DNA from: Octopus bimaculoides
Taxonomy: Eukaryota
Assembly: GCF_001194135.2 (NCBI RefSeq)
Contig: NC_068981.1
Span: 102,470,767 to 102,534,766 of the forward strand
DNA length: 64,000 nt
Direction: 5' to 3'
Part shown: piece after piece, positions 13,191 to 26,727 of the stretch
Position numbering within the stretch: the stretch's first letter is position 1
Layout: every line of letters starts with the position of its first letter
The notes under the pieces: model-generated
Database searches by the model: none
The model's input: only the letters and a program-made list of their open reading frames with translations
What the model was told of the DNA's origin: nothing
Position numbers and translations under genes: made by a program

Positions 13191-13299
13191 CATCATGACC
13201 TGACAAGATCACAAAACAATACTGGAACTGTGTCCAGTTGAGGAAGACCTAAAAACTCAGCATCCAAAATATTCAACCCTGATGTGACATGGTTACATG

Positions 13300-14330
13300 T
13301 GTGACAGCAAAAAGCTTTTTGCACAAAAAGTTTAAGAGAACAAAAGCAACATCTGCTAAGCATGCAGGTTGTCAATCCTAGGGTGCATCAAGGAATGATG
13401 AATGAATCAGCAAATGAAATTGCCTTATCATCATTTCCAAGAATTAGTCATGTGACCAAAAAGCCCTTCTTCAAGCCACAACTGTAAAAATCAAGGTGAG
13501 TCACCCACAGCAACAACCTTATAACAACATCTAATAATAAATGATCAGGAAGTACCCCTCATAGCAGTAGCACCTCATTCACTTATGAGGATAGGGATCA
13601 AATGAAAGCTGATGAGGATAAGCAGACTTTGTAAAAAAAGAACATAAAAAATATCAAAAAATCTCCATAAAAATGTGAGGTTGGGGTACATCACTTGCAA
13701 AGAAGAAACACTGTAGGTTGAAGAACTCATATCATACAAAGGAGATCCAATATCCTAAGACATGGAGCCAGTCTTTTCTCTGAACAAAATGAAATTTCCT
13801 GCCCATTTTTAAGAAAAACGCATTTGAGATAGCATTAAATGAAAATAACAATGTATATAATGCTTATAATCTTTATACAAATGTAGAACAGCACTAGCTG
13901 TAGTATTTTGTCACTGAGAAATGCCTCTTAAAAGACCATGTTAAAAACATAGAATTCACTCAGGATGTTAGTAGTAGATCATCAGACACTGATGTTTCAA
14001 CCTGATTTGGTCTCCTCAGTGACTAACACTCCTGGATATTCTGATTTAAATCAAAATGGTTATTTTTTCTGATATAGAAATATAAGTCAGCAAACAAGAC
14101 ACTCATTGATTTGTGTGAAAGCTGGCAACTAATTGTTACTTCTACATTTATCAACTGTTAACTTCTTAAGACCTTGAACATGTTATATTCCATTGATGAG
14201 TATGTATTGTACAAAAAGAAAAATAGTTCTACACTAGGAATTGCGAAATTTGTGAAGCAAGCTGTAAGCAATACTGTACTTATTTAGAAAGAATGCTGAT
14301 CAAATTAAGAAACATAACTTGAAGCATGTG
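13300..14330 (+). mobile_element. Possible highly degraded LTR-retrotransposon integrase region
   Basis: Scattered fragments only (GASLFSEQNE ~ 'LSDNGGEF'; AYNLYTNVEQH ~ 'SNG..ERH'; YSIDEYVLYKKKNSS ~ 'Y..GD.VYYKR') among many stops and frameshifts. Confidence 0.25.
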
Positions 14331-14997
14331 ATTGTGATTACAGTGAAAAATCAGGGTAATTGTGCTACACTGGTAGTGTTTCATCAAATTTAGGGAATAT
14401 TGACGTTAATATTAATGTAAGACAGAACAATGGAACAAATGAAATGTTTATTGGAAGAACTGCATATCCCACTTGTAGCATTAAGCTTTTATGTTTCTAG
14501 TAGATATGGAATTAACACTGCTTGTAACTAAACTTTTATTATTATTATATGATATATGCAATATTTTACATTATATTGTATAAACTGTTTTATTATCTAT
14601 TCAGTACTGGTTGTATGAACTATTAAAAGAAAGAATGTGAAATGTTGATAATAGTAGATATCTACATACATCTATACCTATATAGCCATTAACTAGATGC
14701 AACAAGAAATACTGAAACTAGTTTAGGAACACAGCAATGATGCAGCGATATTGCTAAGTCTGTTAACATTGCTATAAATTATAGTTGTTGCTAAGATGTT
14801 TCTTATGTACGGGAATTTGTGAATTGAATAAACCTTGCCAATCATTTACTTTTATGTATATGTTATTATTTAGATATCTTCTTTGTTTGTTGAATTATTA
14901 ATTCCATAACATTTACTTTATTGATGAAAGTCAATGTTGGTTTTAGTAGGATTTAAACTCAGAATGCAGAATGTGATGATATTAAATATTTATTTCT

Positions 14998-15638
14998 ATG
15001 AGACTGGGCTGAAAAGTTTGTAGGCTGACTATAAACAGTAATGTTAAAACTGTGAAATCTTGCATGCATTAATTTCATCTGCTCTTATTAATAACTGTAT
15101 TGTTTCCTTCTGGCTAAATTGACATCTGACTGTTCAAAGAAGACTTCAGAATTAACTAGTAGTGACTTCTTTTGAAAATCAACAAAATTTAGCATCATGG
15201 TGTTATCAAGTACCTGCAGAATGGCATTTAGCCTTCAAGGACATTCATGCTGACATGATGCTCTAACTTTAAAGCGGGTAGCTGAATTGAGGAGGGGAAG
15301 AGAGAGTCTTGAAGATGACCCAATGTCTGGATATTCTGCAACTGCCACCACTGAAGAAACCATTGATTGTAATCAACATAATCACCAAAGAAAACATTGA
15401 TTGTGGTCACATGGGTTAAGGTTAGGGTTAGGGTAACAAAAGATTGACAAATCAAATAGCCAATGCTATTAGTATATCCTGTGAGTGAGTTGAGAATATT
15501 CTGCATAATGATCATGGTATGACAAAGGTTTCTGCTTGGTGGGTGCAAAATCTTCTAACACCTGATCAAAAGCACATCAGGCTGATCATATCATAGGAAA
15601 ATCTGACATTGTTTCATGCAACTGGTTTCCTTGAATGA
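14998..15638 (+). mobile_element. Mariner-like element, 5' half, decayed
   Basis: TIR-like tgagactgggctgaaaagtttg. Frames HGVIKYLQ..., AELRRGRESLEDDPMSG, ENILHNDHGMTKVSAWWVQNLLTPDQK (the WVP(H/R)EL-type motif region). Confidence 0.78.
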
Positions 15639-17906
15639 AAGCCAGAATGAATGACATATGACATTCACTTACAAGTATTATTTCAACATACAGAATACAA
15701 TTTGAGGAAAAGTCCTTGGTGTTTCCTTGTCATGGAGGATTTTTCCATGGTTTCTAACAAGTTTGATTGATGTGGGGCAAGAATCATGAGTCTAATCCCC
15801 ACAGTACTGGGTCTTTAATCTTGGCAAACTGTGCTAAGACAATGGAAAGTCTATTTGATTGTAAAGAGGTGCTGGTGTTTCTATGTGTTATGCTCCACAT
15901 TGATGCCTTCTTCCAATATATAAAGGACAATGACATAGCCATCAATTGGATTTGAGTCCTTAAGTAAAATTCGAACTTAAAACACAAAAAGCCAGAACAA
16001 CTGATCTACTGCCCTGCATTGGTACTTAATTTTTTGATTCTGAAAAGATTAAAGACATTGTTGGAACTTGGCAGGATTTGAACTCAGAATGCAGAGAGCT
16101 GGAACAATTGTTGCAAGGTGTTCTTTTCAACACTGTAATGACTCTGTCATTGTGTTGTCTTCTAAGTAATAAAAATAGTCATCAAAGAATTCTTTCTCAA
16201 ATTATTACATGATCCAACCATATAATAGTTGAATGATATGGCTTGTATTTTTCTATAGGCATTGACTGGTTTCAGAGAGAGAGGGGGGAGTGAGGGGTGG
16301 AGAACAAAGGGAATGGAAGGAAAGGCTGTTTGAAGGTAAAAGTGAAAACACTGACCATGAAAGAAAAGAACAGGATATTATGATGCTGTTCGGCAGCCAT
16401 TAAAAAAAATAATGATGGAAAAGTTGTTTTGCAAGAAGAATTTGTTGTTGTGTTTGTATGTGTGTATGTGTGTAATTAAAGAAATCAATATGCACACATG
16501 ACAAAAAAAAATTAAATAATAACTCTTCCTGTTTGGCCAGCGGACAGTTATGCTGTGGAGAGGAATATAAACATATGTGTATATATAAAAACAGGTGTTG
16601 TTGTATGGTAAAAAGTTTGCTTTCCAGTCACATACTTTTGGGTTCAGCCACACTGCATGGCACCTTGGGCAAGTGCCTTCTAATATAGTAGTTGTCCAAC
16701 CAAACCCTTGTGAGGGGATCTGATACATGGAAACTTAAAGAGGCCAGTTAAATATGTACAGTTAAATATATACATACATACATACATGTACATATATATA
16801 TATATATATATANNNNNNNNNNNNNNNNNNNNNNNNNNNNNNNNNNNNNNNNNNNNNNNNNNNNNNNNNNNNNNNNNNNNNNNNNNNNNNNNNNNNNNNN
16901 NNNNNNNNNNNNNNNNNNNNNNNNNNNNNNNNNNNNNNNNNNNNNNNNNNNNNNNNNNNNNNNNNNNNNNNNNNNNNNNNNNNNNNNNNNNNNNNNNNNN
17001 NNNNNNNNNNNNNNNNNNNNNNNNNNNNNNNNNNNNNNNNNNNNNNNNNNNNNNNNNNNNNNNNNNNNNNNNNNNNNNNNNNNNNNNNNNNNNNNNNNNN
17101 NNNNNNNNNNNNNNNNNNNNNNNNNNNNNNNNNNNNNNNNNNNNNNNNNNNNNNNNNNNNNNNNNNNNNNNNNNNNNNNNNNNNNNNNNNNNNNNNNNNN
17201 NNNNNNNNNNNNNNNNNNNNNNNNNNNNNNNNNNNNNNNNNNNNNNNNNNNNNNNNNNNNNNNNNNNNNNNNNNNNNNNNNNNNNNNNNNNNNNNNNNNN
17301 NNNNNNNNNNNNNNNNNNNNNNNNNNNNNNNNNNNNNNNNNNNNNNNNNNNNNNNNNNNNNNNNNNNNNNNNNNNNNNNNNNNNNNNNNNNNNNNNNNNN
17401 NNNNNNNNNNNNNNNNNNNNNNNNNNNNNNNNNNNNNNNNNNNNNNNNNNNNNNNNNNNNNNNNNNNNNNNNNNNNNNNNNNNNNNNNNNNNNNNNNNNN
17501 NNNNNNNNNNNNNNNNNNNNNNNNNNNNNNNNNNNNNNNNNNNNNNNNNNNNNNNNNNNNNNNNNNNNNNNNNNNNNNNNNNNNNNNNNNNNNNNNNNNN
17601 NNNNNNNNNNNNNNNNNNNNNNNNNNNNNNNNNNNNNNNNNNNNNNNNNNNNNNNNNNNNNNNNNNNNNNNNNNNNNNNNNNNNNNNNNNNNNNNNNNNN
17701 NNNNNNNNTATATATATATATGTATATATATATATATGAATAAACAGACAAACAAAATAAAGGGCACCCAAACATTTACTGAGAGTTACATGTGCTACTT
17801 CAAGCTTCTAAGCCCCTAACAGGGGGTAAGAATTTGAATTTTTACCACCCTGATGAGACTTGAAGTAGCATGAAATTCAATTCCAACTGTTTTGAGTAAT
17901 ATATAT

Positions 17907-18350
17907 ATATACATTATTTACATTTGATGGATATTTGTTTTCACCTTGTTTGTTGTTAACACGTTTTGGTTGATATACTCTCCAGCTTTCATCAGGTGTC
18001 TTGGGGAAATTTTAAACCTGGGTTCTCATTCCTAAGGTATTTTTCGTTGTTATTATTATTATTATTATTCAGGTCACTGCCTGGAATCGAACTCGGAATC
18101 ATGGGGTTAGTAGCCCGTGCTCTTAACCCCAAGATTCCAGGCAGTGACCTGCATAATAATAATAATAGTAATGATAATATTAATAATGATAATAAGAACA
18201 TCGAAAAATACCTTAAGAATGAGAAAGGGTTTGAAATTTCCCCAAGACACCTGATGAAAGCTGGAGAGAATATCAGCTGAAACATTGTGTTAACAACAAA
18301 CAAGGTGAGAACAAATATCTATCAAATGTAAATGATGTAAATAATGTACA
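17907..18350. repeat. ~180-220-bp-arm inverted duplication of a tRNA-headed, hammerhead-tailed element
   Basis: Left arm 17907-18088 is the reverse complement of right arm 18133-18350. The spacer contains a tRNA-like head on the minus strand (ggttaagagcacgggctactaaccccatgattccgagttcgattccagg). Confidence 0.88.
18246..18291 (+). ncRNA. Minimal type-I hammerhead ribozyme motif (slightly degenerate)
   Basis: gacac-CTGATGA-a-agctg[gagagaatat]cagct-GAAAC-a-TT-gtgtt: stem I gacac/gtgtt, 5-bp stem II, core intact. Stem III reads ACAU, whereas the mirror copy at 17958-18000 retains ACGU. Confidence 0.65.
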
Positions 18351-18582
18351 TAATTCCTCATCTCTTAAATATAAGACAAGGATTCTGGATTATTTTTCTG
18401 TTCTTTTTACTTAGTTTTTGAGAGTGGTTGGTTTCATTTTTAGTATTCTCGTTTGTGAGAACAGTCTAGTTTATTTCAGATATTCTCATTTTAAAAATTC
18501 TCTCTGGCTAATCGTTGAGAGGACGTTGGTGTTGCCTTGGCAGAGGTTTGCACTCTCTGAGTGCTCTTGTTATAACTATTAT

Positions 18583-18760
18583 TGAGTGAGAGAACAGGGC
18601 ATGCCATCAAAGTGACACAAGTTTCAAATATGCGAAGACAAGTATACCTGCCATGACTCCCCCAAGTACATGCATCACAACCATATATGCATGACATGAT
18701 CTCATATCAAGATAAACAGTTTATGACCTTGCCCAGTTAGAATTTTCTTCAGCTTGGATT
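18583..18760. repeat. Partial copy of the (TAA)n-embedded repeat at 54181-54737
   Basis: gagtgagagaacagggcatgccatcaaagtgacac...catgcatcacaaccatat...gatctcatatcaa...cccagttagaattttc. Confidence 0.7.
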
Positions 18761-19321
18761 ATTATTATCATCATCATTGTTGTCATCATTGTCGTCATCA
18801 TCATTATCTTTATTATATTTATAAGGTTATAATATAAAAGATGAAGAAACTTAAAAATATTCAAAATTATTTTTTCATTAAAAAAAAAATCTGTGAATCT
18901 GTGACATTACTAAAGATAATGGCAAAAAAAAAACAATTTGTCTTGGAATATTTCCAGGTGAAGAAATAGGTTCAAAAATAACTTTGAATAGAGGCTAAAA
19001 AATAAAAATTCTAGAATAAGAAGAAAAAATTATATAAGAATTATACATGAAAAATATTAATTTTTTAAAAAAAGGAAGAAAGCAAGATAAAAAAAAAATA
19101 GTAAATCTAAACATAAGTGCCAAATAAAAACAAAAGATTGTAAGATGAGAAAAGAAAACCCCAAAACAAATTAAAAAACAGAACAAACAAAAGAGAAAAA
19201 TTTGTCTGCTGTTTGGAATATGGTAAAACTAATGTTACAAAGGTATGAAGACAAAGAGAGGATGATTAGAAAGAAAAAAAGGAGAGAATGGAGAAATTGC
19301 AGGGAGACGGAGAAAGAGAGA

Positions 19322-19371
<50 letters not shown>

Positions 19372-19839
19372 GAGGGAGAGAAGATATCAGAGGATAGAAA
19401 GATGGACAAGAGAGAAAGAGGACCTGTAAGACATTGAATGAAGAACGAAAGATATATAAATATTGATATTTCTCTCTCTATCTCTTCTTTGCCTTTTCTT
19501 GCTATTCTTCTTTACACACAACTTGTCTGCTTTGCCCACAATGACATGCACACACACACATGCATACACATATGCATACACATACACAAACATGCACACA
19601 CACATGTACACACACACCTATGCACATACACACATACAATTTATACATAGTTATCAATATTTATGTGTGTTTGTGTATGTGCATGCATGTATCTGTGTGT
19701 GTATGTGTGAGTGTATGCATGTGTGTGTGTGTGTGTGTGCATGTCATTGTGGGCAAAGTAGACAAGTTGAGTGTAAAGAAGAGTAGTGAGAAAAGGCAGA
19801 GAAGAGAGAGAAAGAGAGAGAGAGAGAGAGAGTGAGAGT

Positions 19840-19871
<32 letters not shown>

Positions 19872-19974
19872 TGGTGATGGTCATTATGGTGTTGAAGAGA
19901 ACTTCAGGGTTGCAGTATAATAATATCTGTGTGGAGCTACATGCGCAAGAAATATGTCAGAAGTGATAATAAGT

Positions 19975-20360
19975 TAGTTCCCCAACCCCATGGTTCAGTC
20001 CCATTGTGTGGCACCTTGGGCAAGTGTCTTCTATTATAGCCTCGGGCCAACCAAAGCCTTGTGAAGTGGATTGGTAGAGAGAAACTGAAAAAAACCCTGT
20101 TGTATGTATGTATATATATGCGTATGTATGTGTTTGTGTATGTGTGTGTGTGTGTCTGTGTTTGTCCTCTACCACCACTTGAAAACCAGTGTTGGTGTGT
20201 TTATATCCCTATAACTTAGAAGTTCAGCAAAAGAGACTGATAGAATAAGTACCAGGCTTATAAAAAAAGAATTAAATACTAGGGCTGAATCAGTTGCCTA
20301 ATAGAATTCCTGGTGGTGCCCCAGTATGGCCACAGTCTAATGTCTGAAACAAATAAAACG
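19975..20360 (+). mobile_element. CORE-type SINE with internal microsatellite
   Basis: ggttcagtcccattgtgtggcaccttgggcaagtgtcttct...(TG)n...ccccagtatggccacagtctaatgtctgaaacaaataaaa. Confidence 0.8.
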
Positions 20361-22472
20361 TGAAGATGCATTAAAAGATATTAAAAAAAAAAAAAATGTG
20401 CCCTTTTAAAGCCTAGCCAGGCTCATGGGCCCGGTTTCCTGGTTTCAATGGCGTATGTGTTCCCCAGCTGGACAAGACGCCAGTCCATCACAGTGTTACT
20501 CATTTTTGCCAGCTGAGTGGACTGGAGCAACGTGAAATGAAGTGTTTTGCTCAAGAACACAACGTGTCACCCGGTCAAGGAATCGAAACCACAATCTTAC
20601 GATCATGATGCTGATACCCTAACCACTAAGCCACGTGCCTCCAGACATTAAAAAATATGCAAATTATATATAATAAATTGCAACCAAGCAGATGATGTAA
20701 AAATCCTCTGCAGCCATTATTATTGTTTTGTTGCAAGGCAGAAAGCTGGCAGAATCATTAACATCCTGGGTGAAATGCTTAGCAGCATTTTGTCTATCTT
20801 TACATTCTGAGTTCAAATTCCACCGAGGTCGACTTTGCCTTTCTTCCTTTTGGGGTTGAAAAATTAAGTGCTAGTGAAACACTGGGGTCAATGTAATCAA
20901 CCAGTCCCCTCCCTCCTGTCAAATTTCAGGCATTGTGCCTTTAGTAGAAAGGATTATTATTGTTTTGTTGCTGTTGTGTTGAAATGCTGTGTTATATTAA
21001 TGTTACCCTTGTGACAAATATTACTGAAATTATTGATTTTTTTCCTTTAAAGATTCCTATACAGAAATTCTCAAACTGATTCATTTCTTGCTTCATTACT
21101 TCCCTCCTTCTAGTTATTTTCTTCTAACTGTCTTTCTCTCTTTCTTTATTCTTCTTTGTTTGACTTATTGTTTCTGTTTTTTTTCATCTCTGTGTCTTTC
21201 ATTCACAAGTACATATTTATTTTTATGATCTCCTTTGGTCATGAATGACCATGGAATTGCACTTAGAAAGTTACCCACCAAGGCACAATTCTGAGCAAGG
21301 CCCTTTTATGGAAGACCAGCAGTTGCCCATGCATACCAGCCTCCCCTCTCCACACCACTGATGTTATCCAAGGGAAAAGCAAAAGCCGATACACCTTGAC
21401 ACCAGTGACATTGCAAATCATTTCTACAGCTAAGTGAACTGGAACAACATGAAATAAAGTGTCTTGCTCAAGAACACAACACACAGCCCTGTCTGCAAAT
21501 TGAACTCACTACCTCACTATTGTGAGCCCAACGCTCTAAACACTGAGCCACGCACCTTCACACAAGTATATATATACATACATACAAACATGCACAACAG
21601 TTAACGTCCACTTTTCCAAACTTCCATGGTTTTAGAAAAAATTGTTGAAGCAAATTTTCTATGGCCTGATGCCCTTCTGATCACCCTAACCTGTTTCCTA
21701 GCAAGCTAATATTTGTTAATGACTAGGCAGCAAACTGGAAGAGGTGTTAGTATGCCAGGCAATAGGCTTTGCAGCATTTCATTTGTCTTTACGTTCTGAG
21801 TTCAAATTCCATCAAAGTCGACTTTGACTTTCATTATTTCAGGGTCAATAAAATAAGTACCAGTTGAGTACTGGGGTTAATGTAATCGATTCAACTCCTT
21901 CTCTGAAACTGCTGGTCTTGTGTCAAAATTTGAAACGAATATTTCTCTATGACTTGATGTTTGCATGAAAGAATGAATAGGAAAAACGCTGCATGTATAA
22001 TGGTGAGGCTCATTTACAATTATTACATGATATCAAAACAAGCAAGCATGAACACATACACACACATACACATATATACACATGCAAAAACATGCATATA
22101 TAAACATGCATATATACACATACAGACAGACAGGCAGACACATACACATATGTATACATACGTACACACTTATACATATATATGCTTGTGTATGTGTGTG
22201 TGTTTTTGTGTGAATGTGTGTGTGTGTGTGTATATATATATATACAAGCATACATGCATATGTATGTATATATATATACACAATCCATGTTCATTAGTGC
22301 TTGTTGTTATAATAAAGCTCTTTGCAATACTGATTTGAAAGATAAAATATATCCACAGCTTGAATGCTTCCAAGTGTAAAGATAGCCCATGAAACATATT
22401 ATATAATCAAAACTTAAGTCTAAATGTTTCGACACAGTTACTTCTCAAATTTAATTTCTTTTCATTTTTCAG

Positions 22473-22514
22473 ATGACTCACAGATATAAAGTTTTTAATA
22501 GAAATTCAATTAAA
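22473..22514 (+). CDS. Candidate 42-nt internal exon (MTHRYKVFNRNSIK) of an unidentified host gene
   Basis: Strong acceptor ttaatttcttttcatttttcag| and consensus donor aaa|gtaagt; phase 0/0; the other two frames contain stops. No homology recognised. Confidence 0.3.
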
Positions 22515-23323
22515 GTAAGTTCTATTGATAATTTTAATTCCAAAAGTCTCTTTAACTACAATGATAAAGTCTTCTCTTGTCTCTAATTACCCTCTTCATG
22601 GTAAGGGATTTTCAAGACCTCAAATATACTGGACCAATGTCAAGCAAGAAAGCAACATGCACTTACATACATACATGTATGTACACATACACCCACATGC
22701 AATCAATCACAGTTTTATTTACATTTTATATCTTATGGTTCTGTAATGTTGGACATTGTCCATTTCCCTTAATTCTTGTAATATTTGTACATCTTCCAGT
22801 ATTTCCATCATGTGCACCTTCTTATGCATGCAATTTTTCCTACATGTACATATGCATATGTAAACAATGTGACCATATGTATGTATGTATGAATATATGT
22901 GCGTATATATATCTCTCTGTTTGTCTATCTATCTACCAACCTCCCTCCCTACCTACCTACATGCAGGCATGCATGCATACACACACACACACATATAGAC
23001 ACATGGGTGAGTGATAAGAGTGTTGCACTCATGATTACGAGATTGTGGTTTCGATTCCCAGATGAGGCATTGCATTGTGTTCTTGAGTATAACACCTCAT
23101 TCTATGTTGTTTTGCGATCATTTTGTCATCTGGCATATGACATGTCATGCCACATGTACAGATAATGTCGATTTGATGGAGGGAGTGAGCTTATGTGAAC
23201 ACAAACATTCGATAAGCATAAACAAATCATCTGTGTGGTTGTTGGCAGGAAATTGCAGAAGCCTCATGTGTTGTCTAATAATGACGAGAGAGTCTGTGGT
23301 ACACACACACACACACATGCATT

Positions 23324-23354
<31 letters not shown>

Positions 23355-23653
23355 TTATGTATATGTATAAATATATATGTGTGTGTGTGTGTATACATAT
23401 ATATATATAAACAGATAGATGAATAGATAGACAGGTATAGATGTGGTAGTGTTCTTTGTTCATCTTCCAAACTTTCATGAAAAGATGTCTTGTCATGGGG
23501 AATTATTACTTTACCTGGAAACAAGTGAGGCTTGATGACAGGAAACGCATCCCCCATAGAATATCTAACTAAATAAAATTATTTTCAATCTATGCAATGA
23601 TGGGAACATGGACATTAAAACAATAATGAATGATATGTATGAATGTTTGTGTG

Positions 23654-23808
23654 TGTTGTGTCGACGTCCCCAAGCAAAGAAGTACGATCACCCAAGAAAT
23701 ATAAATAGAGGTAGTCTAGCCGTGGTAGAGGGTTGAGTAGCCGTCGTGTGTAGCAGTTGAGGAGAGATCATCCGAAAGTGCTAGATAGCAGTAGCTTGAG
23801 ACATAACA
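23654..23808 (+). mobile_element. Solo LTR (155 bp)
   Basis: Begins TGTTGTGTC and ends GACATAACA (TG...CA with 8/9 inverted match); internal TATAAATAG; flanked by a 5-bp direct repeat gtgtg; CpG-rich relative to its flanks. Confidence 0.62.
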
Positions 23809-24583
23809 GTGTGTATGTATATNNNNNNNNNNTATATACACACACACACACAGAGACATACTATGAGCTTCCCTATAGTTTCTACCTACCAAATTTCACT
23901 CAGAAGGCACTGGTCAACCCAGGGTCAGAGCCACATGGTTGCTAAGCAAATTTAGAAACCAAACTGCCAAGCCGCACTTATGCTATTCCTCTGCTATGTA
24001 CTAAGCCTGTGCCATTACATACATACATACATATTTATGTATATATATATATTTATATAAATACACATAAGTGTGTATGCCTGTGTGTGCAAAATATTCA
24101 TACATGCAAATGTGTACATGTGAATGCATAGATATATCCATACTTTCACACATATACACATATGTATAGAAAGATTTTATGTATTAAAGCAAAATTTTCA
24201 TATATCAAAAAAATTATCATATTTATATAACAATTTTTTTTATATCTAAATTTTATAAATCTTCTGAATCACATTTCCTTTATGATGTTTCAATAGTGTC
24301 TGCTTCTTTTTATTACACTCCACTTTTCAAGACACTTTTCCTCTTTCTTTTATTAAAGGAATGTTCTGAAAGAGAGCTTAAATTAACAACATTGCCTCTT
24401 TCATTGTAAAACTCGCTTCTTAGCTAACAAACGAATGTTCCTATGTGGTTGTTTGCTTCTTGGTAATAACAGCCCAGTCCCTTTCTGAAGCCATACCCAT
24501 CAATCTTGAAACCAAGGACACATATAATTTTTTTCTATTATAGTTACAAAGCCTGAAATTTTGTTGGGAAGGGTTAGTCAATT

Positions 24584-24736
24584 CACTAGCATAGCTAGAG
24601 AGGGCAGTCTATGTCACTTTTATGGGGGTAGCACCACTTTTGGTTCTGCTGTAGGTAACATGTATTTTTCGTGGGGGGTTAGGGGCAGCAATCTGAAGGG
24701 CTTCCCCGGGTGGCACACATCCTAGCTACACTAGTG
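24584..24736. mobile_element. 153-bp MITE with 15-bp TIRs and 8-bp TSD (hAT-like TSD length), inserted into a Meta-type SINE
   Basis: cactagcatagctag ... ctagctacactagtg; flanks agtcaatt (24576-24583) and agttgatt (24737-24744), both derivable from the SINE sequence agtcgatt. Confidence 0.72.
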
Positions 24737-25780
24737 AGTTGATTACATCAACCCTAGTGCTCAACTGGCACTTACCTTATTCACTCTGAAATTTTTATGA
24801 AAGGTAAAGTTGAACTCAGTGACATTTGAACTCAGAACATAAACTAAAAATTTTGAATGGGATAATCTCAGTTTAAAGAACAACATCTAACTCCTTTTAA
24901 ACTCTGTATTTATGCTGATCTATCATAGTTGACAATGAAATAAAAAAATAATTACCTATCTATTTATCTATTTATTAACCTCACTGTCTGTCTGCCTGTC
25001 AGTCAGTCAGTTTGTCTGCTGTCTGTCTTTTTGTTTTACTTTTTTTTCTAAAATCTTACCTTTATCTCTCATTCTTTATAAACCCTTTTCCTACAATGCA
25101 ACCAAAAGGCACCTGTGCTGATGACATGTAAAAGGCACCCGTGCCAGTGGAATGGTAAAGGCACCTGTGTCACAGACACTTAAATGACACCCAATACACT
25201 CTATGGAGTGGCTGGCATCTAGCCATAGAGAACGAGCCAAAATAGACAACTGGGGCCTGGTGCAGTTCTCCACCTTACCTGTTTCACTCAAACTATGTAA
25301 CCCATGCCTGCATGGAAAACGGATGATAAATCATAATGATGATGGTAAGCCTGGCACTTATTCTATCAGTCTTTTTTGCTGAACCGCTAATCCTCTTCTA
25401 TTTCATCAAAAGCTTTGAGTAATATGTCTCTAAATCTCTGTCCATTCGCAGGATCCTTAAGCTTCCAAATCCTTTTCCATGCTGGTCATCTTTTGGGCGG
25501 TCATTTAGCCCTGATATATACAGGCATATCCTTTACAGGTGCCAGTGCCACATAAAATGCAACCGTGCTGGTCCCACATAGACGCATCAGTGCTGGTGGC
25601 TAATAAAAAGCACCTAAGCACACCCTATGATGGGGCTGGCATTAGGAAGAGCATCTAGCCATAGAAACCATGCCAAAACAGAGTCTGGACTGCTACCTGG
25701 ATGGCCAGGTCCTTTCACATCATTCAGCCCATGCCAGTATGGAAAAAGGAAGTTAAATGATAATGACGATGATGATGATG

Positions 25781-25826
<46 letters not shown>

Positions 25827-26727
25827 NNNNNNNNNNNNNNNNNNNNNNNNNNNNNNNNNNNNNNNNNNNNNNNNNNNNNNNNNNNNNNNNNNNNNNNNNN
25901 NNNNNNNNNNNNNNNNNNNNNNNNNNNNNNNATATAGCCATCCGGTTTCACCAGTCCTCAGTCTAATCGTCCAACCCATGCTAGCATGGAAAGCGGACGT
26001 TAAACGATGATGATGATGATGATGATGATCAACATTTGTTTTTATGTTCAGTTCAGTATGATGGTGGCTTAGCTGGCCACAACTTTGAAGTCAGTTTAGA
26101 TAATATTCTTGTATAAGAACAATAAATATATATACTTACATGCACACATATACATATATACATACATATTTGGCATATGTGTGTGTGTGTGCACAATTTG
26201 GTTTGTATATATATATATATATATATACATAAATGCATATATACATGTCATTTAATTTTGGCTTATAGTTTTTTTATTCAATATTTTTACTCTGTTACAA
26301 ATGTGCGACTTCTTTGTATAACTCTCCTCCATTCAAGTTCTATTTCTCATCTTTCTTTCATAGCAGCAATGTTCTGGAAGACAGCTTAGCCTAACAACAT
26401 CGCCTCTTCATTGCCTCATTTGTATTTATGCTCTTCTATAATCGGCTGGCAGTCAAATAAAATTTCAGATTTATACTTGTTTGGCAAGTGACTTGATCAG
26501 GGATTGCGTGTTGAACCAGAAACAATAACATTGTGGAAGAGTAATATAATAGTCCCTTAATTCACACTCACATAGACACACAGATATTACAACACTAACT
26601 TATGGCTTATATTCTTTCGGCATTGTATACTAATAAAGTCTAAAAATATGTCATGATATAATACCAACAATGTTCCACTACATCATGTACATACATACAT
26701 TTGTACACACATACATATATATGTAAA

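Noticed and set aside
17790-17885. CTGATGAG...GAAA with nearby hairpins as a type-III hammerhead
   Set aside because: No NUH before the putative stem I, and stems II and III do not pair convincingly; only a 12-bp IR (tgctacttcaag/cttgaagtagca) is solid.
18089-18132. Genuine tRNA gene (also the SINE heads throughout the window)
   Set aside because: Truncated A box, no acceptor stem, and embedded in repeats; SINE-type head.
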